Shown: positions 11,070 through 24,763 of the stretch, in pieces
Numbering within the stretch: position 1 is the first letter of the stretch
Layout of the letters: the number at the start of each line of letters is the position of its first letter
Assembly (NCBI GenBank): GCA_041170745.1
Contig: JBEDNE010000075.1
Coordinates: 1-59,524, forward strand
Origin: Pseudomonadota bacterium
Lineage (GTDB): Bacteria > Pseudomonadota > Alphaproteobacteria > Sphingomonadales > Sphingomonadaceae
Reading direction: 5' to 3'
DNA: 59,524 nucleotides
Position numbers and translations under genes: made by a program
Notes under the pieces: model-generated
Told to the model about the DNA's origin: nothing
What the model saw: the letters and a program-made list of their open reading frames with translations, nothing else
Database searches by the model: none

Positions 11070-11864
11070 ATGAGCGACACACGTCCCATATTGGTCTTCG
11101 ATTCCGGCGTTGGCGGCCTTTCTGTGCTGGCCCATATTCGCCGCGCCCTGCCGCACGCCCCCATTGCCTATGTCGCAGATAATGCCGGCTATCCTTATGG
11201 AACCAAAAGCGAAGCTGAGATTGCATCGCGTGTCCCCGCGCTGCTGGGCCGGCTGGCCGAACGCTATCACCCCCGGCTTGTGGTGATTGCCTGCAACACC
11301 GCCTCAACCATTGCCTTGCCTTATGTCCGTTCAGCGCTGGACCTCCCAATTGTGGGGACGGTGCCTGCCGTGAAGCCAGCGGCCGCCCAGTCCAAGACTC
11401 GCACCATTGGCGTGCTGGGAACCGAAGCAACTGTGCGCCAGCCCTATGTCGACCGGCTTGTCGATGAATTTGCGTCAGACTGCCGGGTGATCCGGCACGG
11501 ATCTGCAGAACTGGTTGATCTGGCTGAAGCCAAGTTGCGGGGGAAACTGCCTGAGCCTGCGGCAATACGAGCAGCTTTGTCAGGCCTTTTCACGCAGCCC
11601 GGCGGGGCAGAGATTGATGCGATTGTTCTATCCTGCACGCACTTCCCGCTCTTGGCGGATGACATTCGTGCCGTTGCCGGGCCAAACGTCCATTTGGTTG
11701 ACTCGGGTGAAGGTATTGCAAGGCGCACGGCCTTTCTCACAGCGACCGACACTTGGCCTGACCGCCCATCTGGTCGGGCAATCTTCACAAGCCGTGGTGG
11801 TGATATCGAAGCCTTGGCCCCAGCCCTGCCGAATTTTGGCCTGACCCAAATTGATTATTTATAG
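11070..11864 (+). CDS. murI: Glutamate racemase
   Basis: FDSGVGGLS, PYG.K, IACNTAS, LSCTHFP. Confidence 0.95.
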   Translation: MSDTRPILVFDSGVGGLSVLAHIRRALPHAPIAYVADNAGYPYGTKSEAEIASRVPALLGRLAERYHPRLVVIACNTASTIALPYVRSALDLPIVGTVPAVKPAAAQSKTRTIGVLGTEATVRQPYVDRLVDEFASDCRVIRHGSAELVDLAEAKLRGKLPEPAAIRAALSGLFTQPGGAEIDAIVLSCTHFPLLADDIRAVAGPNVHLVDSGEGIARRTAFLTATDTWPDRPSGRAIFTSRGGDIEALAPALPNFGLTQIDYL

Positions 11865-11872
11865 GAGTGCCT

Positions 11873-12331
11873 ATGCCGCTCAGCGCTGAACAATTGTTGG
11901 AACGCTTTAACGCGCGCCAGCCGCCAACAGGCCGCTTGTTCAATATGCAGGTGTTGGCCGTTGATACAGAGGCCCAAAGCGTTCGGATGTCTTTCGAGCC
12001 GGGCGAGAGTTTAACCAACCCGCGCGGCACAATTCAGGGTGGAATTGTGACAGCAATGCTTGATGATTGCGCAGCCTATGCCGGCATTATTGCCCTTGGT
12101 GAACCAGGATTTATTGCCTCGCTGGAAGTGAAAACCAGTTTCCTTGCGCCCGCCTATCCCGGCTTGCTTTATGGGGAAGGCCGTTGCCTCAAAATGGGAC
12201 GATCTTCCTGCTTTCTTGAGGCAGATTTGCGCGATGCCGACGGCAAATTGCTTGCAAGGCTCACCAGCGCCGCTGTGCCCCTGCGATCAACGCAAACCCC
12301 CAAGCTAATTGAGACCCCAAATATAAACTAA
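11873..12331 (+). CDS. PaaI family thioesterase
   Basis: NPRGTIQGG....LD hotdog motif; AGGAG RBS. Confidence 0.8.
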   Translation: MPLSAEQLLERFNARQPPTGRLFNMQVLAVDTEAQSVRMSFEPGESLTNPRGTIQGGIVTAMLDDCAAYAGIIALGEPGFIASLEVKTSFLAPAYPGLLYGEGRCLKMGRSSCFLEADLRDADGKLLARLTSAAVPLRSTQTPKLIETPNIN

Positions 12332-12357
12332 AGCGATCTTGGCTTTGTTTGCCGTTT

Positions 12358-12374
12358 TTGCGAAACGTTCGCGC
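12358..12374. promoter_or_regulatory. Putative Fur-type box upstream of hemA
   Basis: TTGCGAA-ACG-TTCGCGC, with a perfect GCGAA-N3-TTCGC core. Confidence 0.4.
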
Positions 12375-12432
12375 TGGAAAGTTCCAAACCAAGCGCTTAT
12401 GTGGCGCTGAAATTCGTGCGCAGGATTTGCCC

Positions 12433-13647
12433 GTGGACTATAGTAAAGTTTTCAATGCCGCGATTGACCGTCTTCACGAAGAAGGCCGCTACCGCGTGTT
12501 TATTGACATTCTGCGCAATAAGGGCGCCTTCCCGAACGCGCGCTGCTTTGCGGGACATAACGGCCCCAAGCCCATTACTGTTTGGTGCTCGAATGATTAT
12601 CTTGGCATGGGTCAGCACCCCAAAGTGATCGCGGCGATGGAAGCCGCGCTTCACGATGTCGGTGCCGGATCGGGCGGTACGCGCAATATTGGCGGCAACA
12701 CCCATTATCACGTCGATCTCGAAGCAGAATTGGCGGATCTTCATGGCAAAGAAGCAGCCCTACTCTTCACGTCTGGCTATATTTCGAACGAAGCCACACT
12801 CTCAACACTGGGCAAGATCTTGCCAGGCTGCATCATCTTTTCCGATGAATTGAACCATGCCTCGATGATTGCGGGCATCCGCAATTCGGGCTGCGAAAAG
12901 CGTGTTTGGCGCCATAATGACTTGGCCCATCTGGAAGAACTTTTGCAGGCGGAAGACCCATCTGCTCCAAAGCTGATCGCTTTTGAAAGCGTCTATTCCA
13001 TGGATGGCGACGTCGCCCCAATTGCCGAAATTTGCGACCTTGCGGACAAATATAACGCGATCACCTATTGCGACGAAGTGCATGCAGTTGGGATGTATGG
13101 CCCACGCGGCGGCGGCATTTCTGATCGTGATGAAGTTGCCAACCGAGTGACCATCATCGAAGGCACCTTGGGCAAAGCCTTTGGCGTGATGGGCGGTTAT
13201 ATTGCCGCGGATCAGGTCATTGTGGATGTGATCCGGTCTTACGCACCCGGCTTTATTTTCACCACGTCACTGTCCCCCGTTCTGGTTGCCGGCGTTCTCG
13301 CCAGTGTTCGCCATTTGAAGGCGTCTTCAGAAGAACGCGATGCCCAGCACGCAGCGGCCGCCTTTCTAAAGAAAAGCTTTGCAGATGCCGGCCTTCCTGT
13401 CATGCCCAGCGTCACGCACATTGTGCCGCTTATGATTGGGGACCCCGTAAAGGCAAAGCGGATCAGCGACATCTTGCTCGCTGAATATGGCGTTTACGTG
13501 CAGCCCATCAATTTCCCGACTGTTCCGCGGGGAACAGAACGGCTGCGCTTCACCCCCGGGCCCAACCATACCGAAGCGATGATGACTGACCTCACATCAG
13601 CCTTGTGTGAAATTTGGGAACGCATGGAGATGAAAAAAGCTGCCTAA
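12433..13647 (+). CDS. hemA: 5-aminolevulinate synthase
   Basis: [38 protein letters not shown] (PLP Lys); GTG start inferred. Confidence 0.95.
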   Translation: MDYSKVFNAAIDRLHEEGRYRVFIDILRNKGAFPNARCFAGHNGPKPITVWCSNDYLGMGQHPKVIAAMEAALHDVGAGSGGTRNIGGNTHYHVDLEAELADLHGKEAALLFTSGYISNEATLSTLGKILPGCIIFSDELNHASMIAGIRNSGCEKRVWRHNDLAHLEELLQAEDPSAPKLIAFESVYSMDGDVAPIAEICDLADKYNAITYCDEVHAVGMYGPRGGGISDRDEVANRVTIIEGTLGKAFGVMGGYIAADQVIVDVIRSYAPGFIFTTSLSPVLVAGVLASVRHLKASSEERDAQHAAAAFLKKSFADAGLPVMPSVTHIVPLMIGDPVKAKRISDILLAEYGVYVQPINFPTVPRGTERLRFTPGPNHTEAMMTDLTSALCEIWERMEMKKAA

Positions 13648-13653
13648 GTGCGG

Positions 13654-16599
<2,946 letters not shown>

Positions 16600-16612
16600 G
16601 GAGACGCCGAGT

Positions 16613-17500
16613 ATGGCGCCGCCCTCCCCCCGGCGCCCCGGATTTTCGCGCCGGGCCCAGTTCAGCATCTTCGCGTCGTATGTCATTGCCCTGTCGGGCT
16701 TGGCAGTCGCGCTTTTGCTTGTTCTGACGGCGCGTTTTGATCCGCAAGGGCATAATGCCTTGCAATCCCTGGCTTCTGACATTGCAGCCCCAGCGTCAGG
16801 CTTAGGCCGAGACCTCACATTGCGCTTTGCGGAGGCAACAGAAGAGATTAGCGGCTATATTCATGCGGGCACCAAGAACGCCGCACTATCGCGCGACTTG
16901 GCTGCCGCCCAACGCCAAGGGGTTCAAGCAGCGGCGCTCCGTGCCGAAAATCAGCGGCTAAAAGCGCTTCTGGGCATTGTTGAGAAAGACTATCCTCCGA
17001 TTGCCGCCGCCCGATTGGTCAGCTCAACGGGAGCCAGCAGCCGACGTTATGCAACTCTGGCCGCCGGCTCCACTCAAGGCATTGCCCATGGCCAGCCCGT
17101 TGTCGGCCCCGAGGGCCTGATAGGCAGAATTGTGGCCGTTGGCCGTCACTCTGCCCGGGTTTTACTCATTGTCGACGCAGCCAATGTGACGCCTGTCAAA
17201 CGGGCCACCGATGGCACCCCGGCTTTGGCCATTGGCAATGGCGATGGTCGCCTGACGCTGCGCCCATTATCGGGCGGCAGCAGCCCTTTTCGGGCGGGAG
17301 ATGTGTTTTTGACCTCTGGGTCGGGCGGGATTTATCGGCCTAACATCCCTGTGGCACAGGCGCTCAACTCTGGCCGCGAGGGGATATTGGCGCGGCCAAT
17401 GGCAGATCCCAATCGGGCTGACTATGTGATCGTTGAGGCTGTTTTTCAGGCACCCGCGCCCGAGGCGCCGTCTGCCTTTGCCACTGAAGGGAAACGCTAA
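16613..17500 (+). CDS. mreC: Rod shape-determining protein MreC
   Basis: N-terminal TM, coiled coil (ENQRLKALL), GLIGRI, TSG.GG; position after mreB. Confidence 0.9.
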   Translation: MAPPSPRRPGFSRRAQFSIFASYVIALSGLAVALLLVLTARFDPQGHNALQSLASDIAAPASGLGRDLTLRFAEATEEISGYIHAGTKNAALSRDLAAAQRQGVQAAALRAENQRLKALLGIVEKDYPPIAAARLVSSTGASSRRYATLAAGSTQGIAHGQPVVGPEGLIGRIVAVGRHSARVLLIVDAANVTPVKRATDGTPALAIGNGDGRLTLRPLSGGSSPFRAGDVFLTSGSGGIYRPNIPVAQALNSGREGILARPMADPNRADYVIVEAVFQAPAPEAPSAFATEGKR

Positions 17501-18015
17501 TGGCACGCGGATATGAGCCCCGGCTCAACCGCAAGCCGGCACCCTGGGCGCTGATTGGCATTCCCGCCATCTCAGTTCTGCTCGGTTCGCTGACCGCCCT
17601 TCCGCCCAATATTGCCACCTACCCATTTTTGCCGCCGATTGGCCTCTTGATGCTCTTGGCGTGGCGCACTTTGGTTCGCGATTTATGGCCCAGCTGGGTC
17701 CCCTTGCTCTTCGGCTTTTTTGATGATCTGTTCAGCGGGCAGCCCATGGGATCTGCCATGCTGCTATGGACATCCGTCTTTCTTATTTTGGATATCTTTG
17801 ATCGCTGGATGATGTGGCGCGACTATCGACAAGACTGGATTATCGCAGGCACATTAATTGCCATTGTGCTGCTGGCCGGAGTGGGCATTGCCAATTCGGC
17901 AGGCGGTACCACGCCTGTCATTGTGATCCTGCCTCAAATTCTGGTGTCCGTCCTTGCCTTTCCGCTCGCGGTCCGGGCCTGTGCATGGCTTGATCAATGG
18001 CGGTGGCGGCTATGA
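17500..18015 (+). CDS. mreD: Rod shape-determining protein MreD
   Basis: Hydrophobic 171 aa with GFFDDLFSG; position between mreC and mrdA. Confidence 0.85.
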   Translation: MARGYEPRLNRKPAPWALIGIPAISVLLGSLTALPPNIATYPFLPPIGLLMLLAWRTLVRDLWPSWVPLLFGFFDDLFSGQPMGSAMLLWTSVFLILDIFDRWMMWRDYRQDWIIAGTLIAIVLLAGVGIANSAGGTTPVIVILPQILVSVLAFPLAVRACAWLDQWRWRL

Positions 18016-20108
18016 AGTGGCTGTTGGGCAGCAACCGCCACATGACCGAGGCGCAGCAAAGCTTCACCTTTTCCCGCCGCGCCTTTTTTCTTGGCGCCAC
18101 ACAAATTGGCATTGGCACTTTGCTGGCCGCGCGCATGGGATGGCTGGCCGTTGCTGAGAATGAAAAATATTCACTGCTTGCCGAAAGCAACCGCGTTAAT
18201 TTGCAGATTTTGCCCCCGCGACGGGGCTGGATTGTCGATCGCAACGGCCGGCCAATTGCGCTCAATAAAACTGCCTTTCGCGTCGACCTGATTCCGGACC
18301 GCTTGCTAGATAAAGACGCTGTGATCGGCCAGCTGCAGAAAATCATGCGCTTGACCCCCGAAGACGTTGCCCGCGTCCATGCGGATCTCAAAAAGGCCTA
18401 TGGCTTTCAACCCGTTCCGGTTGCCGAGAATGTTGATTGGGAAACATTTGCCGCGGTCAGCCTGCGCACGCCCGATATGCCGGGCGTTGCCCCAAGCGAA
18501 TATTTCACGCGCTTTTATCCTGAAGGGGCCAGTGTTGCGCATCTGGTTGGCTATGTCGGCGCGGCTTCTGCCAAGGATTATGAAACCAACCGCGACCCGC
18601 TGTTGATCACCCCGGGGTTTAAAATCGGCAAGGCAGGGCTTGAGAAAACACAAGAAGCTGTTTTGCGCGGTTCCCCGGGGGCAAAACGCACGGAAGTGAC
18701 AGCGCGCGGAAAACTGGTGCGGGATTTGGCAACGCGACCTGACGTGCCAGGCAAGGCTGTTAAGCTGACCATAGACGCCGGATTGCAAGACTTTGCCGGC
18801 AGACGCCTTGGACTTGAGTCTGGGTCCGCCGTTGTGGTGGATTGCCAGACGGGGGGCATATTGGCCCTCGCCTCAATGCCCGCTTTTGATCCCAACAGCT
18901 TTTCTGATGGCATTGGCCGGCTTGAATGGAAAATGCTGCAAGAAGATGATCACATCCCAATGCTTAATAAGGCGATGCAGGGTCTTTATCCGCCGGGATC
19001 AACAGTTAAGCCAGCGGCAGCGCTTGCTTTACTGCAAGCTGGGGTAGACCCGGAAGAAGTCGTTGTGTGCAATGGGGGCTATCGGCTAGGCAATCGCACC
19101 TTCCGGTGCCTTGGCCGACATGGCCCAATGACGATGCGCCACGCGTTGATGAAGAGCTGCAATACCTATTTCTATGCGATGGGCCGACGCATTGGATATG
19201 ACCGTATTGCCCCTGTTGCCCGTCTGCTGGGCATGGGTCAGGAATTTGATTTGCCCATGCCCTCACAGCGTTACGGCACGGTGCCAGACAGCGCATGGAA
19301 AATGCGGAAATTTCAAAAACCTTGGTCTCAGTCAGACACGCTGAACGCCACCATCGGCCAAGGCTATGTGCAGGCAAGTCCGCTGCAGCTTGCGGTCCTT
19401 GCGGCGCGCATTGCCTCTGGCAAGCATCTTGAACCCTATCTGATCGCAGGCCAGCAAAAGCCTATCCGTCCGCTCGATATTGCGGCCGAACATCTGGCCG
19501 TGGTGCGTGACGGCATGGACCTGGTTGTCAATGGGGACGGCACCGCCGTTGCCAGCCGCCTGCCCCTCCCCGACATTCGCATGGCGGGCAAAACGGGCAC
19601 AGCACAGGTGCGCAAAATTGCTGGTGCGCAGCGCGGCCAATCAGGCGCATGGAAGTATCGTGACCATGGGCTCTTCGTCTTTTTTACACCTGTTGAAGCC
19701 CCGCGTTATGCGGGTGCGGTGGTCATCGAACATGGCATGGGCGGCGCAAGAGCCGCAGCGCCTGTCGCAAAAAGCATGATGACCTACTTATTTGATCCTG
19801 CACGCGCGATGGAAGAGCTGACAGCGCTTGAGGCCAATTGGGGTGGCGATGTGAACACCCGCATGGCGCGCAAAGCCGCTGCCTGGAAATCTGCAGGTAA
19901 TAGCAGCGAGGCTGCAAAAGCTGGCGCACAAGGCAGTGTGGACGATGCCGAGGTTCGCCAATCCACACAAGAAGGCGCTGCCGCACCTGCGCCCGTCAAC
20001 CGCGATGCCGCCGCCGCGCCAGAGCCGGAAACTGCAACAAACCCCGCCTCGCCCGCGTCCCTGCGGCCCAGTACAGCCAATCCACCCACGGGAACGCCAC
20101 AGCCATGA
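18012..20108 (+). CDS. mrdA: Penicillin-binding protein 2
   Basis: YPPGSTVK (SxxK), SCN (SxN), KTGTAQ; Ala/Pro-rich C-terminal tail. Confidence 0.95.
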   Translation: MKWLLGSNRHMTEAQQSFTFSRRAFFLGATQIGIGTLLAARMGWLAVAENEKYSLLAESNRVNLQILPPRRGWIVDRNGRPIALNKTAFRVDLIPDRLLDKDAVIGQLQKIMRLTPEDVARVHADLKKAYGFQPVPVAENVDWETFAAVSLRTPDMPGVAPSEYFTRFYPEGASVAHLVGYVGAASAKDYETNRDPLLITPGFKIGKAGLEKTQEAVLRGSPGAKRTEVTARGKLVRDLATRPDVPGKAVKLTIDAGLQDFAGRRLGLESGSAVVVDCQTGGILALASMPAFDPNSFSDGIGRLEWKMLQEDDHIPMLNKAMQGLYPPGSTVKPAAALALLQAGVDPEEVVVCNGGYRLGNRTFRCLGRHGPMTMRHALMKSCNTYFYAMGRRIGYDRIAPVARLLGMGQEFDLPMPSQRYGTVPDSAWKMRKFQKPWSQSDTLNATIGQGYVQASPLQLAVLAARIASGKHLEPYLIAGQQKPIRPLDIAAEHLAVVRDGMDLVVNGDGTAVASRLPLPDIRMAGKTGTAQVRKIAGAQRGQSGAWKYRDHGLFVFFTPVEAPRYAGAVVIEHGMGGARAAAPVAKSMMTYLFDPARAMEELTALEANWGGDVNTRMARKAAAWKSAGNSSEAAKAGAQGSVDDAEVRQSTQEGAAAPAPVNRDAAAAPEPETATNPASPASLRPSTANPPTGTPQP

Positions 20109-21211
20109 GCGACAGTGTCATCCCAACAGCTTTGCGGCAATTGCCGTGGCGCCTATTGGCCTTGCTGATTGGTGTAGCGGCCTTTGGCGCGATCGTACTC
20201 TATTCGGCGGCTGGCGGATCCCTGACACCTTGGGCAACCAGCCACGTTGTGCGCTTTAGCATCTTCCTGATCATGGCGATGATTATGGCGCGCATTCCCG
20301 AAACAACTTATGCGCGACTTGCCCTGCCCGGATATTTCATTGTTCTGATCTTGCTGATTGGCGTGGAGCTTATTGGTGCCATTGGCGGGGGCAGCCAGCG
20401 TTGGCTTGATTTCGGCTTTATTCGGCTTCAGCCGTCGGAGTTGATGAAGCTGATGATTGTGCTGGCAACTGCACGCTTTTATGCGATGCTGCCTGCGGGC
20501 GAAATCCGAAAATGGACGGCAATCTGGCCACCTTTGGTGCTGCTTGGCCTGCCTTTTTTGTTGGTGCTTATTCAACCCGATTTGGGCACGGCCTCGATGA
20601 TTGCCATCGGCGGGCTGACCATCATGTTCCTTGCCGGCATTCCGCTGCGCCTCTTCATTGGCGCGGGGGTCATTGGTGCAGCGGCTTTGCCAGTCATTTA
20701 CAGCATGCTGCATGAATATCAGAAGAAACGTGTGCTGATCTTCCTCAATCCAGAAGCAGACGCGCTGGGTGCCGGCTATCACATCACGCAGTCCAAAATC
20801 GCAATTGGCTCGGGCGGTATTTTCGGCAAAGGCTTCCTCAATGGAACGCAGAGCCATCTCGATTATCTACCAGAAGGCCACACCGATTTTGTCTTCGCCA
20901 CCATGGCTGAAGAGTGGGGGCTTGTTGGCGGACTTGCGGTTATTACCGCGTTTGTTCTGATTGGCCGCTGGGGCCTCAATGTCGCCAACCGCGCCAATAG
21001 CCGCTTTGGCCGTTTGACAGCCGCTGGCTTGTCCATGACCATTTTTTATTACGTCACGATCAACCTGCTGATGGTCATGGGCTTTGCCCCTGTGGTGGGC
21101 ATTCCGCTTCCCTTGGTGTCACATGGGGGCACCGCCATGCTTACAGTCATGCTGTGCTTGGGCGTGCTGATGTCGATCGATCGGCATAACCGTGTTCAGC
21201 GAGGACTCTGA
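20105..21211 (+). CDS. rodA: Rod shape-determining protein RodA
   Basis: QPSELMK, QPDLGT, IAIGSGG, PEGHTDF, PLVSHGG SEDS motifs. Confidence 0.95.
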   Translation: MSDSVIPTALRQLPWRLLALLIGVAAFGAIVLYSAAGGSLTPWATSHVVRFSIFLIMAMIMARIPETTYARLALPGYFIVLILLIGVELIGAIGGGSQRWLDFGFIRLQPSELMKLMIVLATARFYAMLPAGEIRKWTAIWPPLVLLGLPFLLVLIQPDLGTASMIAIGGLTIMFLAGIPLRLFIGAGVIGAAALPVIYSMLHEYQKKRVLIFLNPEADALGAGYHITQSKIAIGSGGIFGKGFLNGTQSHLDYLPEGHTDFVFATMAEEWGLVGGLAVITAFVLIGRWGLNVANRANSRFGRLTAAGLSMTIFYYVTINLLMVMGFAPVVGIPLPLVSHGGTAMLTVMLCLGVLMSIDRHNRVQRGL

Positions 21212-21230
21212 AAAACCCATGATTAGGGCA

Positions 21231-21259
21231 TTGCATTGCCCGAAAGCCACTGCTAATGG
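21231..21259 (+). promoter_or_regulatory. Putative sigma70 promoter of the tRNA gene
   Basis: TTGCAT-N17-TAATGG about 55 nt upstream of the tRNA. Confidence 0.5.
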
Positions 21260-21312
21260 CCCGGCCTCGCAAACGAAATTGTCGCTTCAGCGGCAGGTTT
21301 TCATCGCGATGT

Positions 21313-21388
<76 letters not shown>

Positions 21389-21612
21389 TTTTCCTCGTCA
21401 AAGTCCAGCAAATGTCCCAAACATGGTGGCGTTTGGTTTTCTTGCGAGCTGCCAAGCCGCACGCTTGCCTTCCGGTTGGGCCATTTTGCACAGCACCATA
21501 GTCCTCTGGTTAGCTAGGCGGCTGACGGCGAGCATGTCAAAGCACAGGGCATCCTTCGCGCCATTTTTACGCCCAGCCGAAGGCCAGCGGAAAAATGGCA
21601 GAGAGATATTGA

Positions 21613-22926
21613 ATGGCTGACCCCCGGTACAAAAAAGTTCCTACAGCACGGTTTTCGCGGATGGCATCATTCGGGCAGCTCGCCAGCGGCATTGCCAGCG
21701 GGATGCTCGCCGAAGGCGCTCGCCGATTAGCAAGTGGAGAACGGCCCCGCCTTTCTGATATGCTGCTGACCCCCGCAAATGCGCGCCGTGTGACAGACCA
21801 GCTTTCCAGATTGCGCGGTGCGGCGATGAAGCTGGGGCAAATGATTTCACTGGACGCTGGCGACATTCTGCCAGCTGAGCTGACGGCCATTCTCGCCCGC
21901 TTGCGAGATTCGGCCCATTTCATGCCGCCCAGCCAGCTCAATAGCGTTTTAACTCAGGAATGGGGCCCAAATTGGCGCGCCCGCTTTGCGCTGTTTGAAG
22001 CAACACCAATTGCAGCTGCCTCTATTGGTCAAGTGCATCGTGCCACCCTTCCCGATGGCCGTGTGCTGGCAATTAAAGTTCAATATCCCGGCATTGCCGC
22101 CAGCATTGATGCTGATGTTGATAATGTCGCCAGCCTCTTGCGGATGTCAGGCCTTTTGCCAGATGGCTTGGATATCAATCCATTATTGGCCGAGGCAAAG
22201 CGACAACTGCATGAAGAGGCAGATTATGTGCGCGAAGCCGGCCAGATGCGTCACTATCAAAGCCTTATTGGAGACGACCCCGCATTCCTCATCCCAGAAC
22301 CAGTAGAAGCCCTGTCAACCGAACGCGTCCTCGCAATGGACTTCATCTCGGCCCGCCCGATCGAAACGCTTCAAGAGGCTCCGAAAGAGACACAGAATGC
22401 CGCCGTAAAGGCGCTGCTTGGGCTGGTTTTGCGGGAATTGTTTGAATTCGGCCATATGCAAACTGACCCGAATTTCGCCAATTTCCGGTGGCAGCCAGAG
22501 ACTGGACGGATCGTGCTTCTCGATTTCGGGGCCGCACGGCCAATCCCGCAAGACACAATATCGGCCTATCGCGCGATGATGGAGGCAGGACTGGCGGAAG
22601 ACAGGCAGGCTCTCACCGAGGCTCTATTATCTATTGGGTTCCTAACGCCTCGCTTATTGGAACGGCACCGGGCATCCATGGAGGCCATTATGGAGGCGCT
22701 GCTTGTGCACCTCGGCAAGCCGGGATTGTTCGATTTTGCAGATCGAAGCTTTATTGAGCCCGTGCGTTATCATGGAGAACGCATTGCGGCAGACCGGGCC
22801 GCATGGCACATCCCACCGACGGATACGCTGTTTGTGCAACGCAAGGTAAGCGGCACGGCCATGCTGGCGGTCCGGCTGCAAGCGCGCTTGCCTTTGCGTG
22901 ATATGCTGTGTGCTGCAATCGCGTGA
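21613..22926 (+). CDS. AarF/ABC1/UbiB family atypical kinase
   Basis: MKLGQ, AAASIGQVH, AIKVQYPG, QTDPNFAN, LLDFG. Confidence 0.9.
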   Translation: MADPRYKKVPTARFSRMASFGQLASGIASGMLAEGARRLASGERPRLSDMLLTPANARRVTDQLSRLRGAAMKLGQMISLDAGDILPAELTAILARLRDSAHFMPPSQLNSVLTQEWGPNWRARFALFEATPIAAASIGQVHRATLPDGRVLAIKVQYPGIAASIDADVDNVASLLRMSGLLPDGLDINPLLAEAKRQLHEEADYVREAGQMRHYQSLIGDDPAFLIPEPVEALSTERVLAMDFISARPIETLQEAPKETQNAAVKALLGLVLRELFEFGHMQTDPNFANFRWQPETGRIVLLDFGAARPIPQDTISAYRAMMEAGLAEDRQALTEALLSIGFLTPRLLERHRASMEAIMEALLVHLGKPGLFDFADRSFIEPVRYHGERIAADRAAWHIPPTDTLFVQRKVSGTAMLAVRLQARLPLRDMLCAAIA

Positions 22927-23003
22927 TAAACCCAAAATGCTGTCAAGCAGCACCAAGCCATGCGGCTAGGATTAGGCAATAGGACAAGCGACTTAGCCCG
23001 GCT

Positions 23004-24101
23004 TTACGGATTACAGGGCAAGTCCAGGGCCGCTGCAACGGCTTGATGCTTAATTGCTCCGTTGGCGACGTTGAGCCCAGCTGCCAAATGCGGATCTTCT
23101 GCCATGGCGCGGGCCGCGCCTAAATTGGCAATGCGCTGCACAAAAGGCAGCGTTGCATTGTTCAGGGCCAAAGCTGAGGTTCGTGCCACTGCACCGGGCA
23201 TATTTGCGACGCAATAATGGAGGATCCCTTCGGCCACAAAAACGGGGTCCGCATGGGTCGTGGCGCGGCTGGTTTCAAAGCAACCGCCTTGGTCGATTGC
23301 AATATCGACAAGAACAGCACCCCGTTTCATTGTCTTCAGCATATCGCGCGTGACAAGCTTTGGCGCAGCGGCCCCGGGGACGAGAACTGCACCAATCACC
23401 AGATCAGCATTCGCAACGGCCTCGGCAATGCTCGCCTTTGAGGCAAAGGCCGTCTTGATTGCATTGCCAAATTGCGCGTCCAATTGGGCCAGCCGATCAT
23501 TGTTAATGTCATAGATGGTCACGTCAGCGCGCAAGCCCACGGCCATTTGCGCCGCATTAAGGCCGGAAACCCCGCCCCCTAAGATAACCACTTTTGCCGG
23601 GGCAACTCCGGGCACACCGCCCAATAGGACCCCACGCCCCCCTTGCTCCTTTTCCAAATAATGTGCGCCAACTTGCACAGACATGCGGCCCGCAACCTCA
23701 GACATTGGCTTCAGCAAGGGCAAGCTGCGATTTGCGTCTGTGACAGTTTCATACGCAATGCACGTCGCACCAGACCGCATTAAACCAAGCGCCTGGGCCC
23801 TGTCAGCCGCCAGATGGAGATAGGTAAACAGCGTATGATGCGCCTCAAGCAAGTCAATTTCTGAAGACTGCGGCTCCTTCACTTTGACAATCAGGTCCGC
23901 CGCTTTGAATATCTCGGCAGCACTGCCCAATATGGTCGCGCCAGCCGCTGTATAGCCTGCATCGTCAAAATCGATGCCAAGGCCAGCGCCGCTTTCAACA
24001 TAGACCTGATGCCCTGCAGCCACCAGATCAGCAACTGACGCTGGGGTCAAACCCACACGATATTCGTGCACTTTGATTTCCTTGGGAACCCCGATCTTCA
24101 T
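23004..24101 (-). CDS. ald: Alanine dehydrogenase
   Basis: MKIGVPKEIK..E.RV, KVKEP, FTYLHLA, PMSEVAGR, DIAIDQGG, VANMPGAV. Confidence 0.95.
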   Translation of the reverse strand: MKIGVPKEIKVHEYRVGLTPASVADLVAAGHQVYVESGAGLGIDFDDAGYTAAGATILGSAAEIFKAADLIVKVKEPQSSEIDLLEAHHTLFTYLHLAADRAQALGLMRSGATCIAYETVTDANRSLPLLKPMSEVAGRMSVQVGAHYLEKEQGGRGVLLGGVPGVAPAKVVILGGGVSGLNAAQMAVGLRADVTIYDINNDRLAQLDAQFGNAIKTAFASKASIAEAVANADLVIGAVLVPGAAAPKLVTRDMLKTMKRGAVLVDIAIDQGGCFETSRATTHADPVFVAEGILHYCVANMPGAVARTSALALNNATLPFVQRIANLGAARAMAEDPHLAAGLNVANGAIKHQAVAAALDLPCNP

Positions 24102-24231
24102 CCTCGCCTCCGCGGTCAATTTCTGTCGGGAAGATTACGATAGTATCGTTCGGAAGTGCGTGCAAAATTCCTCGCTTATTTGAAAGTTATCGCTAATCTT
24201 TTACCAATATTATCCACGAAACAGGATATTT

Positions 24232-24678
24232 ATGCACATTGACGCAATTGATAGACGAATTCTGACAGCCCTTATGGCCGACTCGACACTGACAAGTGAA
24301 CGCGTTGGCCAAAAGGTCGGGTTATCGGCATCAGCCGCGCATCGCCGCATCAAGCAATTGGAAGATGCCGGCATGATTTTAGGATATGGCGCACGTCTTT
24401 CTCCGCAGGCGCGCGGCAATCCAACAACTGTCTTTATCTCGGTCACATTGGTGGATCAGCGACGCGACACGATGGAAGAATTTGAGGCCGCCTTAAGAGA
24501 GGAGCCATTGGTTACGCAGGCCAATTTGATGAGTGGCGAATATGATTATTTGCTCAAGGCAGAAGTTCCCGAAACCGATAGCTTTGAACGCGTTCACAGA
24601 GAGGTTTTGGCCGCCCTTCCCGGCGTGCAACGCTTGGTTACACATTTCAGCTTGCGAAGCGTGATTGTAGACACTTAG
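24232..24678 (+). CDS. Lrp/AsnC family regulator (AldR-like)
   Basis: IDAIDRRIL..L HTH, GEYDYLLK; divergent from ald. Confidence 0.9.
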   Translation: MHIDAIDRRILTALMADSTLTSERVGQKVGLSASAAHRRIKQLEDAGMILGYGARLSPQARGNPTTVFISVTLVDQRRDTMEEFEAALREEPLVTQANLMSGEYDYLLKAEVPETDSFERVHREVLAALPGVQRLVTHFSLRSVIVDT

Positions 24679-24763
24679 CGCAGATTGAATTGACTTGCAG
24701 TGCGCGCGCCATGTGGCCTAGCATTTTTGCTATGGTTTCTGCTGCAATCCCTGTCGCTCGGCG

